Notes: generated by a model from the letters alone, not told the origin. A DNA stretch of 64,000 bases from Octopus sinensis (GCF_006345805.1 NC_043020.1:16182001-16246000); one strand, 5' to 3'. Shown: positions 13,000 through 26,805, counted from the stretch's first letter. Numbers and translations: made by a program.

Positions 13000-13920
13000 C
13001 GGTGTTTCGTCTGCTGTTACATTCTGAGTTCAAATTCCGCCGAGGTCGACTTTGCCTTTCATCCTTTCGGGGTCGATTAAATAAGTACCAGTAAATCACT
13101 GGGGTTGATATAATCGACTTAAACCTCTTGTCTGTCCTTATTTGTCCTCTCTGTGTTTAGCTCCTTGTGGGTAGTAAAGAAATAGGTATTTTGTCTGCCG
13201 TTATGTTCGCAGTTCTAATTCCACCGAGGTCGACTTTGCCTTTCATCCTTTCAGGGTCGATTAAATAAGTACCAGTAAATCACTGGGGTTGATATAATCG
13301 ACGTAAACCTCTTGTCTGTCCTTATTTGTCCTCTCTGTGTTTAGCTCCTTGTGGGTAGTAAAGAAATAGGTATTTTGTCTGCCGTTATGTTCGCAGTTCT
13401 AATTCCGCCGAGGTCGACTTTGCCTTTCATCCTTTCGGGGTCGATTAAATAAGTACCAGTAAATCACTGGGGTTGATATAATCGACGTAAACCTCTTGTC
13501 TGTCCTTATTTGTCCTCTCTGTGTTTAGCTCCTTGTGGGTAGTAAAGAAATAGGTATTTTGTCTGCCGTTATGTTCGCAGTTCTAATTCCGCCGAGGTCG
13601 CCTTTGCCTTTCATCCTTTCGGGGTCGATTAAATAAAGTACCAGTAAATCACTGGGGTTATATAATCGACGTAAACCTCTTTGTCTGTCTTATTGTCCTC
13701 TCTGTGTTTAGCTCCTTGTGGGTAGTAAAGAAATAGGTATTTTTGTCTGCCGTTATGTTTCGCATTTCTAATCCACCGAGGTCGACTTTGCCTTTCATCC
13801 TTTCAGGGTCGATTAAATAAGTACCAGTAAATCACTGGGGTCGATATAATTGACATAGACCTCTTGTCTGTCCTTGTTCGTCCCCTCTATGTTTAGTCCC
13901 CTGTGGGCAATAAAGAAATA
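13000..13920 (+). repeat. Head-to-tail array of about 5 SINE-B units (period about 185 bp)
   Basis: TTCC(A/G)CCGAGGTCG recurs near 13035, 13220, 13403, 13587 and 13772. Confidence 0.95.
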
Positions 13921-14499
13921 AATAATTATTCCATCAGATGCAACATTTTTTTGTCCCACCATTACTGCAACCTGGCTTCAGACACAGTTCCATAGCAGTT
14001 CAGATGGAAACATATCTGCAAACCTGGTTGCAAGACAAGACCAAAAATTTTCAGCATCTTGTAAATTTAATGAGAAATGAATTTATCAGATTTATATGTT
14101 TTTAGGCTGGTTAATATGGACTTTCCTATGAAGTAATTGTTTCAATTTCCACAGTCTCAGATCAAGTCCTTTACCAGACAAGTCAATACAGCCATAAAAT
14201 ATTGAATCTTTCAAAAATAGAAGAATAGCTGCAGAATTACCATAAAATATTGATAGAATTGATTAAGTCTATGTATTTATCTAGATAGTTTATAGAAATG
14301 GTCAAGCATATAGATGCAGTCATGGCTATGTGGTGAAGAAGTGCTTTTCGCAACCATATAATTATAGTAGCTGGAGTAAGTGTCTTTTACTACGGCTCCA
14401 AGCAGATCAATGCCTTCAGAGTGGATTTGGTAGATGAAAACTGTGCAGAAGCCTATCCATGGTTAACATAATTTGTCATCTGGTTTAAAAACATCACCT

Positions 14500-14593
14500 G
14501 TGTGGCATCTTGGGCTAGTGTCTTCTGCTATAGTCCCGGGCCGAACAATGCCTTGTGAGTGGATTTGGTAGACGGAAACTGAGAGAAGCCTGT

Positions 14594-14633
<40 letters not shown>

Positions 14634-14862
14634 TGTGTGTGTGTGTGTGTGTGTATGTGTGTCTGTGTTTGTCCCCCTAGCATTGCTTGACAACCGATGC
14701 TGGTGTGTCTACGTCCCCGTCACTTAGCGGTTCGGCAAAAGAGACCGATAGAATAAGTACTGGGCTTACAAAGAATAAGTCCCGGGGTCGATTTGCTCGA
14801 CAAAAGGCGGTGCTCCAGCATGGCCGCAGTCAAATGACTGAAACAAGTAAAAGAGTAAAAAG
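14500..14862 (+). mobile_element. SINE family A lacking most of the tRNA head
   Basis: Body and tail match the other family A copies. Confidence 0.85.
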
Positions 14863-15261
14863 AGAGATACCTTATATGTGTATAGTGTTTCAGCCAGGTC
14901 TTTAGTTCGAGGATACCTTCTTCCCTCTTAGCAATCTCTGAGGCCATGTAAAGAGCTGAGGCACATATGACAGAGTAATCTGAATGTTAAAGGGTTAAAA
15001 TATATACTGGAGTCATTTTATACTTTTATTCTTTTACTTGTTTCAGTCATTTGACTACGGCCATGGTGGAGCACTGCCTTAAATGGTTTTAGCTGAGGAA
15101 ATCAACCCTTGGACTTACTTTTTGAAAGCCTGGTTTTTGTACTATTGGTCTCTGTAGCCAAACTGCTAAGCTACAGGAGTGTAAACATGTAAACACACCA
15201 GCACCGATTGTCAAGTGATGGTGCGGGGAACAAATGCAGAAAAATATATATACATGTTGTA

Positions 15262-15475
15262 TATATATAAAGTTAATCCAAACAAGAAAGCACAAAAAAA
15301 CACAACAACGCGAGGACGTGGAACAAATATAGTATTATTGGACGCTCAGAAAAGAAGGAAAGAAGGAGGGTTTAACGTTTCGAGTGGAGCTCTTCATCGG
15401 AACATAGGAGAAGGAAAGATCCAGAGAAAGGAAGACAGAGGGAAAAAAATCACCACGGTATACACGCGGGCACAT
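15262..15475 (-). mobile_element. Short (TA)n-embedded element with hammerhead-like motif (family H2; second copy 50088-50288)
   Basis: Two closely similar copies, both in or beside (TA)n; motifs at 15370-15403 and 50181-50215. Confidence 0.75.
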
Positions 15476-15829
15476 ATATATATATATATAAATAAATAAA
15501 TAAATAAATATATATATATATATAATAAATAAATATATATATATATATAAATAAATAAATATATATATATAAATAAATAAATATATATATATATATATGT
15601 ATGTATATATATATATTATATATATATATATATATATGTATTATATATATGTACATATATATATGACATGGTAAAACATGTTAAATGTTTTTACTTTTCA
15701 TTCCCTTCAAAATTGCTCTTAACTGTATTTTGGACTTTTTGACTGTTCCTTCTAGTATGTAGGGCAAATTGTTAAGGCTCACCTCTTTTGTGTTTAAATG
15801 TACACTAATTTATATATATATATATCACC

Positions 15830-16135
15830 TTGATCACCGTGACTGACCAGGCTATCAGATGTTGCTACACATTGCTGGCCACAATGTGCTTCACATTGTT
15901 TTAGCCTTCAAATGATGCCACCCCGCTGGCTAAGCGAGCAGGCCAACAGAAGAAAGAGTGAGAGAAAGTTGTGGCGAAAGAGTACAGCAGGGATCGCCAC
16001 CACCCCCTGCTGGAGCCTAGTGGTGCTTTAGGTGTTTTTACTCAATAAACACTCACAACGCCCAGTCCAGGAATCGAAACCACAGTCCTACGACTGCGAG
16101 TCCGCTGCCCTAACCGATGGGCCATTACACCTCCA
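15830..16135 (-). mobile_element. tRNA-derived SINE family E (also 28200-28420 and 50563-50875 on +)
   Basis: Head GGAGG(C/T)G.AATGGCCCA.TGGTTAGGGCAGCGGACTC ... TTTCGATTCC; shared body and (CACGGTGAT)-type tail. Confidence 0.85.
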
Positions 16136-16209
<74 letters not shown>

Positions 16210-17337
16210 TAGGTTTCACTTACGAGGCTTTGGTCGGCCCAAGGCTATAGTAGAAGACACTTGCCCAAGGTGCCATGCAGTGGGACTGAACCTGGAACCA
16301 TGTGGCTGGGAAGCAAGCTTCTTACCACACAACCATGCCTGCATCTCAAATAGATTGAGTAAAATATAACAATGAAGGGGATGCTGTAGAATGGCCACAT
16401 GTAATGATTATAACTAAAGCAAATAAAAGAATGACAGGTTAGACATCACATTTTCGCAGAGAAAATGAATTCCTTTTATTTATTTAATGGAAACTCCAAG
16501 AATAGTTTGGCTCCTCTCCTCTTTGGTTGACATCAGATTCTGTGATTCTCCAATGTTATGTAAGCAGTAATAAATCATTTTGGTTCTTTTAAAAGACAGA
16601 ACAAACTGACAGAGAATTCATCAGAAAAATCTCTCTGTCTTACACAATAAAGAATATGGCAACATTAGCACCACTATTCCAAAGAGTGGAGAGAATGATG
16701 AGATGAAAAAAGAGAGGGACAGAGAGAGGGGTGAGAAAGAAGAGAGATAGGAGAAATAAGGGATGTGGAGAGAGAGAGAGATAAGAGGGAAGAAGGAAGA
16801 GAGATGAGTGCTCGGAAGAGAGATGAGTGCTCGGAAGAGAGACAGAGACAGAGAAAGGGAAGAGAAAGATAGAATGGAAAATAAGAGACCAAGAGAAGAA
16901 AGAGATGAGAGATAAAAAGAGAAAAAGATGAGAACTAGGAAGAGAGAGGAGAATAAAGGATAGAGAGAAACTAGAAGAGAGAGAGACAAGAAAGGGGAAG
17001 AGAGAGAGAGATGAAATAAGAGATGAATGACAAGAGAGAGGGGGAGAGGTAAGAGAGAGACATACTCGTTGACTCAAAAAATGGTTTCTAAGTCCAAATT
17101 ATTCTCCATAACTTGCCAAACTGGAGCTAAATCCCTGATACTAATCATTGGCAATGCCTCATTTATCATCATCATCATCACCATCATTATCACCATCATC
17201 ACCATCATCATTATCACCATCATCATCACCATCATAACCTTTGTTCCTATCATCAGTGACAACAACCAATATAATTTAAACAAACTTCATTTAAAGCTGT
17301 GTGTGCATGTAGAGCACCCACCGACAAATAAATTATA

Positions 17338-17905
17338 TTGGGTTGTCCGGAAAGTTCATGCCGATTTATAGTAGCTTACCTTTCGACTTATTTTAGAACA
17401 TGGTTGAGTCCATAAAATAGGATTTGACTACACCTCCATTTAGAGCACAGTTTAATCTATCTTTTCGTGGAAGAAGGTTTATGTTCCTATAACCTGTTGT
17501 TAATTCTGTAACCCTTTAAAATGGGAGATAAGAAAGTTCATTTTCGGCACTTGATGCTTTGGGAACCAAACAAAAATTGCTGCAGCTCGGCTGGGATGTG
17601 TTACCCTACCCTCCATATTCACCAGATATTGCTCCTTCGGATTTCTACTTACTCAGATCTCTGCAGAATAGTCTTAATGGTAAAAATTTCAATTCCTTGG
17701 ATGACGTAAAAAGATACCTTGATGAATTCTTTGCCATGAAACCACCTCAATTCTGGGAAGAGGGTATTTTCAAGTGAAAAGGGAAGATGGAGACGCATTG
17801 TGTAACAAAATGGTTTATATTTGCTTGATTAAAAATGTAATGGCAAGTATTTATTGACCTTTTTCTTTCCTTTAAAAATCGGCATGAACTTTCTGGACAA
17901 CCCAA
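17338..17905 (+). mobile_element. Internally deleted mariner element
   Basis: TIRs TTGGGTTGTCC(G/A)GAAAGTTCATGCCGATTT with TA flanks. Encodes N-terminal MGDKKVHFRHLML and C-terminal PYPPYSPDIAPSDFYL. Confidence 0.95.
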
Positions 17906-18155
17906 TATATATATAATTGCAAAAAATAGATTTCCAACCATACTCCTTCTTGTTGACTCCCAATTTTTTCAATTATCTATTCACACACGACAAATGCCCA
18001 AATACAAACCTGGAAGTACATATAATACTACTACTTGATAGCAGAGAGTGAAATCATAAGGTGGACGTGCTTTATATTGTACTATACTATCTTCTAAACA
18101 GAATATACTATAACCATATATATATTTTATATATCCCATTTTGTATTTATATTAT

Positions 18156-18186
<31 letters not shown>

Positions 18187-19149
18187 CTATATATAATATA
18201 TATATATAAATTAGAAAAAAAACACCTTTTATCAATTCAACAATGAAAAAATTATACCATGTAGAAAAAAATTACATCCTATAGAAAAAATTAAATATAA
18301 GATAAAAACATATACCAATGATTAACTAATGTGCAAAATTACATTGTTGAATTGATAAAAGGTGGTTTTTTTATCATTATTGTTTAATATCTACCTTCCA
18401 TGCTGGCATGGGATTGACAAATATATATATATATATTGTTTATCTTATATATATATATATATATATACATATATGATTTGGTCATTGAACAGTGGCTATG
18501 CTGGGGCACCATCCTGCAGTGTTTATTTGAATGAATTGATTCCAGAACTTCTATCGTTAAAGCCTGGTAATTATTCTATTGATCTATTTTGCCAAACCCC
18601 TAAATTACAAGGACATAAACAAACCATTACTGGTTATCAAGCAGTGGCAGGGAGAAAACACAGCGATATACTCACACACACACACACACACACACACCAC
18701 ATACATACATACATACATACATACATACATACATACATACATACATACATACATAAGTCCTGATACTGTACCAGACAGTGGCTCTCATGGCTTCTGATCT
18801 TAACTAATTGAAAGTGTCATCATGCACATGTTTTGTCTTGGTATAAAAGATGGGCTACAGCAAATATTCTGCTCAGATTTGCTTGACCTCAGCTTGTTGA
18901 GTAAGTCCCTTAGTGCCAACAATATGTGCATCTCTGATCTTGAGTAGGAATTGTGGGGGAGCATCATTGCCATGTGTTGAGAGAAATTCTTGGGGTTTGA
19001 ATAATTGAACCTCTGGAAACATGAGTGTTTCATCATCATCTTTAAGCAACCCTTATTCAGGGACCTTTGAGCAAGATGGGCTACTTGACCTGAAGAACAA
19101 TCTAACTGGACCCCACCCATAAAGTCATGCATTTTTTATCTGATAATAT

Positions 19150-19194
<45 letters not shown>

Positions 19195-19910
19195 TTTTTT
19201 CTGCTATAGGCACAAGACCTGAAATTTTGGGGGAGGGTGCCAGATGATTAGATCGACCCCAGTATGCAACTAGTACTTAATTTATCAACTCCAAAAGGAT
19301 GAAGGGCAAAATCGATTTCGGTGTACCTGGTACACCCTTATCAGATGGGTAGTCATGATGGATATATTGGGCTCTGTATATTTGTACCCCAGTGTCACTA
19401 TGATGGGATGCACTGTTCTCCCACTCAGTAATAAAAATAAAAATAATAGTAACAACAACAACAATAATAATTTTTATGATGATAACGATAACAATAATTT
19501 TTATGCTAATATTAATAATGATGATGACGACGATGATGATAACAATTTGTATGATGTTAATAATATTAAACTAGATGTGAATGAGGAAAAAATGAAGTTT
19601 TAAAATGTACAAATTTCTGTAATGAATTTTTCCAGAAACAATATTTATTTAGAAAAACTGGAATAAACATACTATTGTTTATACATATATTTCTTATTCT
19701 TTTTTTTTTCTATTTCTTTCTGTCATTTAAAAGAAAGATTTAAGTTGATTGCAACAAATATCAAGAGAGAAAATAACAGTAAAAGCATAAAAAAGGCAAA
19801 AATTTAAAAGAAATTTCTTTGTGAAATGTAAATATTCAAAATAAAAAAATTTTTTTGTTCACTTTCTTTAAAAGTAAATTTTTTAACTTTTTTTATGAGT
19901 TTATCAGTGA

Positions 19911-19946
<36 letters not shown>

Positions 19947-20089
19947 ATACACACACATACATATATGTATGTGTGCATATAATAAGATAGATAGGATATA
20001 CAGATATATTTAAATATGAATATATAAATATATATATATATTAATATACATATATATATATATACACAGATATATATATATATATATAG

Positions 20090-20148
<59 letters not shown>

Positions 20149-20722
20149 GACAGATATAGATAGGTACAGGCATAGCTGTGTGGTCAAGAAGTTTCCTTCC
20201 CACCGATGTGTTCTTAGGTTCAGTGTGGGCACCTTGGGCAAGTGTCTTCTACTATAGCCCCAGGCTGGCTAAAGCCTTGTGCATGTATATATGTATGTAT
20301 GCTCAACTGGTTATGGTCAAGCAATTGACAAGCAAATCTATGGTACTGAGCAGAAAGAATATTTGCTGTAGCCCATCTTGTATACCAAGATAAAACGTAC
20401 ATGATAATATTTCCAATCAGTTAAAATCAGAAGTCATGAGAACCAGTGCCTGGTATTGCATCAAGGCAATTATTATTACTGTTATTATTATTATGTAAGG
20501 CGGCAAACTGGAGGAAATGCTTAGCAGTATTTCGCCCATCACCATGTTGTGAGTTCAAATTCTGCCGAAGTCGACTTTGCCTTTCATTCTTTTGGGGTTG
20601 ATAAATTAAGTACTAGTTGCATACTGTGGTCAATCTAATCAACTGGCCCCCTCCCCCAAAATTTCAGGCCTCTACCTATGGCAGAAAAGATCATTATTAT
20701 TATTATAATTATTATTATTATA

Positions 20723-20754
<32 letters not shown>

Positions 20755-20779
20755 CATTATTATTATTATTATTATTATT

Positions 20780-21000
20780 TTTACTAGCATAAATATTATT
20801 AAAGTTCCTAGTTTTAAGATTATCATGAAAAGCTTGGTTGAAGTTTCAACCTTCCAAGTTCTTTTACAGAGCTTAGAAAAATTAAAGGAGCACTGCAATA
20901 AGCATGTGAATCTAAGAGGGGAATATGCTGAATAAAATCCTAATTAACTGATCCTCCTGTATTTTCTTTTACCCAAAGCCAGGAACTTTTCAGCACCCTT
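20780..21000 (+). mobile_element. Mariner transposase 3'-end relic
   Basis: Reads LEKLKEHCNKHVNLRGEYAE*, resembling mariner C-termini, followed by TIR-like CCAGGAACTTTTCAGCACCC. Confidence 0.6.
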
Positions 21001-21100
21001 TCATATATTATAATCATCATGATATAAATATATCTCATCATCGTCGTCATCATCATCGTCATCGTCATTGTATTGGAACCTCGCTAAGTTAAATATTTAA

Positions 21101-21167
21101 ATCACCTGAAGAATGACTGTAACCCGAAATTTTAAGAATTGGACAGCCATGAAACGATCGTAGTGTT
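21101..21167 (+). ncRNA. Type I hammerhead ribozyme motif (family H3)
   Basis: CAC-CTGAAGA-ATGACTGT..ACAGCCAT-GAAAC-GATC-GTA-GTG. Confidence 0.7.
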
Positions 21168-21292
21168 ATACTAATTATCTTTTTTTAATAATTTTGATAT
21201 ATATTTAAAATAATATAAATTAATTAATCTCATGTATTGGCTTGAGTTTTTCATTGTATGATTTGCCTAATAGTGGTTTTATCTCTAATTTA

Positions 21293-21333
<41 letters not shown>

Positions 21334-21499
21334 TTTATCTTTTACTTATATCAGTCATTTGACTGTGGCCCCACCTTCAGGAATTTTAGATGAACAAATC
21401 AACCCCAATACTTATTTTCTTTTTAAACCTGGTACTTTTTTCTATCAGTGTCTTTTGCTGAACTGCTAAGCTATGGGGATGGTCAAGTAAATAATGTTT

Positions 21500-21790
21500 T
21501 TGACTACCAACCGAAAAATCAGAAAGACGAATCCATAACTGGTTTCTTGTAATGCCTTGAGACAGAGTAGTTATTGAAAGGACATTTGGTTGATATTGTC
21601 TAGGTGGAGACATAAGCAGGAAGTTATACACAAGCTGCTATTGTGAGAACGAACTCGCAGCAGACACAGTAAAGGAAGACCTGCTTGAACATTCATCGAT
21701 CAACTCTCACACAATACAAACCTCAGTAAAGAGCAATTGCCAGGAGCGACTGAAAATCAAGAATTGTGGAAAGACTTTATCAGAAATGTT
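21500..21790 (+). mobile_element. Decayed RTE-like LINE 3' end
   Basis: One frame reads WRHKQEVIHKLLL*ERTRSRHSKGRPA*TFIDQL..ATENQELWKDFIRNV, typical of an RTE C-terminus. Confidence 0.7.
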
Positions 21791-22150
21791 TGACTGTGAT
21801 CACAATAAGAAGTCTTGTGAGTTGAATAATCAAATAAAGACTCCCTTCATTAATTTGGGTCAAACTGCTAGAAAGTTTGTGGTATATAGTTGCTACATTG
21901 GCAGTGTTTAGTCCAACCCTTCTTGTAAAATAAATAGAAAATTCTTATCTTGTTTCTAAATTAAAATTTGGTCATGCTTCATTGAGTTTTCCATTCTCCT
22001 GAAACAACAATTTGTTTCATCAAATTTCTTTTGTATGAAGAGTCCGAAATATCAATAACTCATGTGTGAATATAAGTATCATATATGTGAGGGAGTGTAT
22101 AGATGTGTGTGTGTGTGTGTTTGTGTGCGTGTGTATGCATATATGTGTCA

Positions 22151-22202
<52 letters not shown>

Positions 22203-22739
22203 TATATGATACACATGTATGTGTAAATGTATGTTTGTATGTATACGTGTATGTACGTGTGCATGTATGTGTGTATGTATGTATGTGTGTATGTATGTGA
22301 GTATGTATGTACGTGTGTATGTATGCATACACACACACATGCACAGACACACACTTTTGTATATACATGTATATGTATATATGTATATGTATGGATATGT
22401 GTGTATCTGGATGAAGTGGTTTATAAGTATACACCCACACAAATATATATATACACACACACATATATATATATATATACGTATATACATACACATACAC
22501 CACACACAAAAACACACACAAGTAGAGACAGACAGACAGACAGGCAGGCAGGCAGATAAACAAGCAGGCAGACAGGCAGACAGATAAACAAGCAGGCAGA
22601 CAGACAGACATAATGATCACACAAATTTAATGTGTATGTATGTATGGATGGATGGATGGATGGATAATATGATGAATATATAGGGATACATTATTAAGGC
22701 AGATACTGTAGTAGCTCCCAGATATATTCCAGGTACTGG

Positions 22740-23390
22740 CTAACCACATCAAGTAGTAAACGCACTAAAAAGTGCTTCAGGTGAACAACCTATGCTGGGT
22801 TGTGCACTCTTCACCTGGGAAAGACTTTGCGTTGTTAAGCATCCATCTATCTCATTGCCTGGTGAGGAGGTAAGCAATATAGCTTAATTGCTCACCAGAC
22901 TGATAAGTGATTAGGCGTCTGGCTGGTTTTTTCAAGTTAGTGTTGCAGATCATGAGATCATTTGCATCACAGAACTCCAGCAGTCTTGTTCCGTTCTCAT
23001 TTCTAGATCCAAAACCATGACCCCTATGCACTCTCTGGAATCCATGGGGATGCTGTCCAACATGTCCATTGAAGTCATCAGCCACAATTATGAAGTCTCT
23101 GTCATTTGTTGTTAAGGAGATCTGCAAAAGAACCTCATAGAATTGATCCTTTTGCTCATCAGTCAGCCCTGACTGAGGAGCCTAGGCAGGGATAAATGTA
23201 ACTGTTAATTTACCTAGGATAAGTCTCACTTTAATCACCCTATCACATACTCTGACTACCTCAATTACCTTATCTACCCACTTTTCTGCTAATTGTATGC
23301 TTACACCACCTACTCCATCCTTCCTACCGACCCAGAAAAATTTGAATCTCTGTCTTTTACCTGTGAGGAATCTAGCTGTGACCGCCACTC
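22740..23390 (-). mobile_element. RTE apurinic endonuclease domain relic
   Basis: FFWVGRKDGVGGV..APQSGL..FYEVL..ADDFNGHVG..GFGSRNENGTRLLEFCDANDLMICNT; same clade as the 2.7-7.0 kb element. Confidence 0.9.
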
Positions 23391-23665
23391 CATCTTACAA
23401 AATTATATACATGTGGCCTTACTCTTTACTCTTTTACTTGTTTCAGTCATTTGACTGCGGCCATGCTGGAGCACCGCCTTTAGTCAAGCAAATCGACCCC
23501 AGGACATATTCTTTGTAAGTCTAGTACTTATTCTATCGGTCTCTATTCCCGAACCGCTAAGTTACGGGGACGTAAACACACCAGCATCGGTTGTCAAGCA
23601 ATGTTGGAGGGATGAACACAAACACACAAACATATACTCACACGTACACACACACATATATATAT

Positions 23666-23714
<49 letters not shown>

Positions 23715-23827
23715 AGAAAAAACCCACCTTTTATCAATTCAAAATGAAAAATTAAATATAAGATAAAAAATATACTGATGATTAAGTAATATTCAAAATA
23801 ATAAATAAAACATATATATTTGGTAGA

Positions 23828-23933
23828 ATAATGACACGTGTTTCATGGCTATATTTAAGAAATGATTATAGTAAAAATATTAGTAGTAGTAGTAAAATCA
23901 CTTCAATATGAATATAGCCACTCATCAGGTTAA
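23828..23933 (-). ncRNA. Type I hammerhead ribozyme motif with 11-bp stem II (family H4)
   Basis: Minus strand: TAAC-CTGATGA-GTGGCTATATT..AATATAGCCAT-GAAAC-ACGT-GTC-ATTA. Confidence 0.7.
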
Positions 23934-24939
23934 AAATAAACTACAATGATAAAATAATTAATTAATAAATATACTAAAAAATCTTTTAAAATATAAATAC
24001 GCTATATCTTTTCCTTCGACAAGCTAAGTAACGTTTTTTGATTATCTATATTATTTGGATTTGATATTATTATTATTATTATTATTATTATTGTTGTTGT
24101 TGAAATATTATTTTTATTTATAGTTACGATCATTATTAGTTATGATATCTATTTATTTAATATGATTTAATATTATTTTTATAAAGGGATTTAACGTATT
24201 ATATATAATTTAATTTTGAGAATTAGTTTTGTTAGACTATACATTATTTAATAATTAGGTGGTATTTTTATCAAGTAGTATTATATTTAAGTAAATTAGT
24301 TTTTATATTAATTAATATTTTGGTCAACTTTATTATTGTGTGAAATATTAAATCTATAGATACTACATATACATTAATAATATAGTTAGTTTATATTATG
24401 GGTTTGTATATATTTGAACAATTTCCTATTTTTAATTCCATTATTTATGGCTTGTATTAGCATTGGGTATATTAATTAAGATGCTAAGACCTATTCTTAT
24501 ACATTTAAAATCCAGTTATTTTAATTTAATCGATAAGCTTAGTAACGTTGTTTGTTTATTAATATTACTTGGATTTTGTATTATATTGAGTTTGATTGTT
24601 GTTATTATTATTATTGTTATTGACTGGATTTCTAGTGGACTGTCAGTTTTAGTTGAATGTCTTCATAGTGTATTGTTCATTTGTCCTAATATTTTTTGTA
24701 CCTTTCTTTAATTTATGGAGCTTAGATGTTTTTCATACTTTTCATTAGTAAATAGTTTTTGCCATTTTCCTTGATAATTTATTCTATTTGTTTACACTAA
24801 GACTTCACGCATTTAATTTTTATAAACAGTAAGACCTATATATTTTTTTACGTTTAAAATTCAGTTATATTTTTTCCTTCGACAAGCTAAGTAATGGTTT
24901 TTGCTTATAAATATTATTTGGCTTTTGAAGGGATTTAAC

Positions 24940-25595
24940 GTGACCAGTGACCAAGACCTTTGGAAATTTGCTGTGCGTGAAAAGACCAGGCAGGACAAGT
25001 GAGCCCAGCCCACTTATGCATGCCTTTCCTCCCTTGGACACACAAAGACCTGTTGAGGCAAGCGAAGTCGATATCGAACCTCATCCGACGACAGGCACCT
25101 ATGCCCCCTTTGCTTGCGAAGACCTGTTGGGGCAAGTGAAATCGGAATCGAAATTGAACCAATCCTATGACAGGCACCCGTCAGATGCCAGGACCCCTGG
25201 ACTGGAGATCCATAAAAAGCACTATCCGAATCGTGGCCGATGCCAGCGCCGCCTCGACTGGCTTCCGTGTCGGTGGCACGTAAAAAGCACCATCTGAATT
25301 GTGGCCGAAGCCAGTGCCGCCTCGACTGGCTTCCGTGCAGGTGGCACATAAAATGCACCAATCCGACCATGGCCGATGCCAGCCTCGCCTGGCACCAGTG
25401 CAGGTGGCACGTAAAAAGCCTCCACTACACTCACAGAGTGGTTGGCGTTAGGAAGGGCATCCAGCTGTAGAAACATTGCCAGATAAGACCGGAGCCTGGT
25501 GCAGCCTTCTGGCTTCCCAGATCCCCAGTCGAACCGTCCAACCCATGCTAGCATGGAGAACGGACGTTAAACGATGATGGTGATGATGATGATAT
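24940..25595 (+). mobile_element. RTE LINE 3' end (diverged subfamily)
   Basis: Ends GGCGTTAGGAAGGGCATCCAGCTGTAG ... GGACGTTAAACGATGATG; starts in the last ORF codons. Confidence 0.9.
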
Positions 25596-26115
25596 AATTT
25601 AATTCTCAAATTAAATTAGACAATACATTATTTAATAATTGGGTGGTACATTTATTAAGTAGTATTACATTTAAGTAAATTAGTTTTTATATCAATTGAT
25701 ATTTTGGTCAACGATATTATTGGGTGATATATTAAATCTATAGATACTACATATATATCAATTACTAGCAGTATAACCCAGCCTTGCCCAGGATTATGTT
25801 ACAATTATTAAGCTAATCAAATTCTTTATTTCAAACCAAACTAAGTAATATCGACGTCAAATTTGGGCGAAATCCATTGAAATTGGTTATATTATATATA
25901 TATTATATATATATAATATAATATAATATAATATAAACATTTCAATTTCTGTCAACCAAATCCACTCACAAGGCTTTGGTCAGCCCAAGGCTATAATAGA
26001 AGACATTTACCCAAGGTACCATGCAGTGGGACTGAACCCGGAACCATGTGGTTGGTAAACAAGCTACTTACCACACAGCCACTCCTACACCTATTTAGTG
26101 TGTGTGTGTGTGTGT

Positions 26116-26165
<50 letters not shown>

Positions 26166-26747
26166 TGTGTGTGTGTGTATGTAAGGTTGGGGCCATGAAT
26201 TCTTGATGAAGTTGCAGAGTATTGTGAAAACATAAGGTGTGTCTCAAGCATTTTCGACCTGGCAGAACCCATTGCTCTGCAAGTTTGAACACAGCCACCA
26301 GAAAATGTACTTGACTGGCACTTCATTCATTGATCCTAAAAGAATTACAGATAAAAATAACCCCACTGGGTTTTGAACTTACAATGCTCAGATCCAGAAT
26401 GAATACTGCAGAGTATTTTACCCAATGCTCTATTTATTGCTGATCAATCCCCTACTCACACATACATACACACATATGTTTATTTGTATATGTGTGTGTA
26501 TGTGAATGAAGAAAGAAAAAAGTGAGAGAGAGAGAGAGAAAAAGTGAAAGAGAGATACAGTGGAGCTAAACAAGAATTTAAAGTATTTATATATTGTGCA
26601 TCAATTCTGATATCTAATTTGTATATATTGGCAAACCTTGTGAATTATTTAAGTGTTTGAATAAATTTCCTCATGATATTTAGGCCAAAGTAAAAATTAA
26701 GAAAATATAGAATATAAAAATATTATATATATATATATATATACATA

Positions 26748-26805
<58 letters not shown>

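Larger units (their letters stand above)
23712..25760 (-). mobile_element. Decayed Penelope-like element relic with direct terminal repeat, hammerhead motif and an inserted RTE 3' fragment
   Basis: About 24000-24370 is repeated at about 24865-24940 plus 25595-25760 (CCTTCGACAAGCTAAGTAA, AAGGGATTTAACGT). The minus strand has KKYIGLT near 24850 and an HHR at 23828-23933. Confidence 0.6.

Noticed and set aside
21594-21911. 105-codon stop-free frame with an AG acceptor as a host exon
   Set aside because: An overlapping frame reads as an RTE C-terminus (WRHKQEVIHKLLL..GRPA.TFIDQL), so the open frame is probably incidental.
23712-24940. Very AT-rich, hydrophobic-looking stretch as a mitochondrial insertion (NUMT)
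   Set aside because: No mitochondrial gene, rRNA or tRNA motif is recognisable; the internal repeat, YIGLT remnant and hammerhead fit a PLE relic better.
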